Shown here in pieces: positions 55,431 through 57,267 of a stretch of 57,267 bases of DNA (positions are counted from its first letter, which is position 1; the number at the start of each line of letters is the position of its first letter). Origin of the DNA: an uncultured Staphylococcaceae bacterium (GTDB lineage: Bacteria > Bacillota_I > Bacilli_A > RFN20 > CAG-826). The stretch covers positions 28,543 to 85,809 of the forward strand of contig CAZLUI010000001.1 in assembly GCA_964562705.1 (NCBI GenBank). The letters are read 5' to 3'. Under the pieces are notes generated by a model. The model worked only from the letters and a program-made list of their open reading frames with translations. It did not search any database and was not told the origin of the DNA. The translations under genes were made by a program, and so were the position numbers.

Positions 55431-56667
55431 AAATAGTGAGCCACTCCACTCGATAGTAGAAGCCGGCATTGGCAAACGCTTAGGCGCCGCTATTCTCGAT
55501 GGCCTCGTTGCCATCTTTCTTTGGCTCTTTTTAGCTATGATTGTTATGACTCCTATTGCTAACGCAGGATTAGGTTATTCTGCCAATATGAACCTCGGTT
55601 ATCAATATCAAATAGCTTCTCATTTATATGTCTATCAACAGCAAGATGATAATGGTGATATCTCCATTGTCGAAGTTAAAGATATGACTGAAAAAGTCGA
55701 CGCTAACAAAGAATCGCAAATATCGTCTTTAACTAAACAAACTAATTTAGAACCTGCTTATCTTTTGTCTCATTTATATTATTATTATTCATCATTTTTA
55801 ACTGGTGAAAATGTCGAACTTCCTAATCCAACTTCATCTAAAACATATGATATGGTGGAAGATCATTTTGTGTCTCCTGATTATCTAGACAATGTGGTGG
55901 ACACACAATTAAAACCAGCTGAATATTACACAGTCAAATGGTTTAACAATGAAATCTTATCTGTGAGCGATAAAGGCGCAGATTATTTTGATAATACGGA
56001 TGAAAATGTTCTTGCTACAATCAAAGAAGGAGTGGACGCCGACAAAGCAATTACCTTTCTTAATTCATTGATTAGTAACGCTCAAGGTGACCTCTATTAT
56101 CGCGATTATTATGTGAAGATTAATAACACGATTAAATGGAACCAAGCTTTTATAATTATTCCTCCGTATATCTCTGTGATGGGAATATTGTATTTACTTA
56201 TTCCAATGCTATCCAAGAATGGGGAAACTATCGGCAAAAAATTCTGTCATTTGGCAGTTATTTCTAAAGATGGATACTCCGCTAAAAAGCGTCAAATCTT
56301 GTTCCGCTTTTTCGTCTTTTTTGTAGAGATCTCATTGTCCTTATTTGCCATCGGCGTGAACTTTACTTCTATCGCCACTTTAGGCGTTGGAGTATTCATC
56401 TTACTAATGGCTACATTGATTAGCAAGAGTCATCGAGCTCCTCATGACTACGCTGCCCTCACTTTAGAAATTGATGCTCAAAAGAGCGTTTGGTTTGATT
56501 CTCCTGAAATTGAACAACGCCATATCGATGAGTTAGAAGCAAAAATGGAACGTTACAAATCTAGCAAGGTTGAAAACAAAAACATTATTCAAATTGGTGG
56601 GAAAATTATCGACGAGGACCTAAAAAAGCAAGTTGAAGAAGCCCAAGCCAAAGAAAAAGTTAAATAA
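55420..56667 (+). CDS. RDD-family membrane protein with an inserted domain (paralogue 2)
   Basis: GKRLGAAILDGLVA, GETIGKKFCHLAV and APHDYAALT. It shares insert motifs with paralogue 1 (YYYSSFLTGENVELP vs YYYFSYLTGENIDLP). 11-nt overlap with paralogue 1. Confidence 0.7.
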   Translation: MKNENSEPLHSIVEAGIGKRLGAAILDGLVAIFLWLFLAMIVMTPIANAGLGYSANMNLGYQYQIASHLYVYQQQDDNGDISIVEVKDMTEKVDANKESQISSLTKQTNLEPAYLLSHLYYYYSSFLTGENVELPNPTSSKTYDMVEDHFVSPDYLDNVVDTQLKPAEYYTVKWFNNEILSVSDKGADYFDNTDENVLATIKEGVDADKAITFLNSLISNAQGDLYYRDYYVKINNTIKWNQAFIIIPPYISVMGILYLLIPMLSKNGETIGKKFCHLAVISKDGYSAKKRQILFRFFVFFVEISLSLFAIGVNFTSIATLGVGVFILLMATLISKSHRAPHDYAALTLEIDAQKSVWFDSPEIEQRHIDELEAKMERYKSSKVENKNIIQIGGKIIDEDLKKQVEEAQAKEKVK

Positions 56668-56700
56668 CTTTTGTGCCGTTTTTTTAAAAATTGCTCGTAA

Positions 56701-56732
56701 AAAGCCACTATTTTTAGTGGTTTTATTTTTTT
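56701..56732 (+). terminator. Rho-independent terminator after the RDD pair
   Basis: Stem CCACTA / TAGTGG extended by A-T and G-U pairs, TTTT loop, long T-rich tail. Confidence 0.65.
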
Positions 56733-56836
56733 ATAAAAAGCGCTTTCAATTTTAGTTTGTAGATTGATAGATAACTATGTTATTATTTGTTTGTAGTAAA
56801 CAGCTACGTAATTTACACCATAGGAGGTAGAAACTA

Positions 56837-57267
56837 ATGGAAGTAAGAATTGAGAATCTTACGAAAACCTTCGTCGGTCGAAAAGGTGTCAAAACAACCG
56901 CTGTAAATCAAATGAGCTTTACAATACCTGACGGAAAACTCGTCGGGCTTTTAGGTCCATCTGGTTGCGGTAAGTCTACAACACTTTACATGATTGCAGG
57001 CTTGCATAAACCGACTGACGGTCACATCTGGTTTGGTGATGAAGATGTTACAAACTTACCTCCAGAGAATCGTGGAATTGGCTTAGTTTTCCAAAACTAT
57101 GCTTTGTATCCACATCTCTCTGTGAGACAAAACATTGAATTCCCACTAGACAATGTTCGCTTTCCTGGTCCATTTGGCGATGAGACAAATCGTCTCTCCG
57201 ACGTCAAACACGATCAAAAGCAAACCAATGCAGATTTAAAAGCCACAGAAAAAGCTATTGCTAAAGC
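56837..57267 (+). CDS. ABC transporter ATP-binding protein (MalK/UgpC/MsmX-like), 3'-truncated by the window edge
   Basis: My own translation from ATG 56837 (RBS TAGGAGG): MEVRIENLTKTF...LLGPSGCGKSTTL (Walker A) and GLVFQNYALYPHLSV (Q-loop). It is open to the window end and absent from the ORF track because it has no stop. Confidence 0.85.
   Translation, partial: MEVRIENLTKTFVGRKGVKTTAVNQMSFTIPDGKLVGLLGPSGCGKSTTLYMIAGLHKPTDGHIWFGDEDVTNLPPENRGIGLVFQNYALYPHLSVRQNIEFPLDNVRFPGPFGDETNRLSDVKHDQKQTNADLKATEKAIAK

Overview
Low-GC Bacillota/Mollicutes-like chromosome segment. It uses the standard code (TGA is a stop at 18280-18282 and 55428-55430), has a Mollicute-type L11 N-terminus and encodes several Ser/Thr-linker lipoproteins. 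There are three blocks. (i) 1-12.7 kb holds nitrogen/nucleotide metabolism and surface proteins: a lipoprotein fused to a barnase/RNase Sa-type ribonuclease, preT-preA dihydropyrimidine dehydrogenase, paralogous lipoproteins, a translationally coupled gdhA-DUF1015-serC-serA operon and carbamate kinase. (ii) 12.8-29.0 kb is one 16-gene operon (largest gap 11 nt) running from mocA to ygeW. It is a variant of the YgeW/YgeY/HyuA/SsnA/XdhD cluster linked to selenium-dependent molybdenum hydroxylases and anaerobic purine/urate catabolism. Here it carries two Mo-hydroxylase trios, an orphan PreA-like Fe-S flavoprotein where YgfK would be expected, and two unusual fold-type-II PLP enzymes where diaminopropionate ammonia-lyase would be expected; sdaA follows it. 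This is my best candidate for under-described biology. (iii) 30.3-54.1 kb is the conserved cysS-rlmB-sigH-rpmG-secE-nusG-rplKAJL-rpoBC-rpsLG-fusA-tuf supercluster, interrupted by mrp, a P1B metal ATPase and an M6-like lipoprotein protease. Two tandem RDD-family paralogues and a 3'-truncated ABC ATPase follow. I saw no rRNA, tRNA, CRISPR array or mobile element. Two apparent single-T frameshifts are visible, one in the first gene and one in rpmG. All family calls come from by-eye motif recognition and remembered reference sequences; no search was run.
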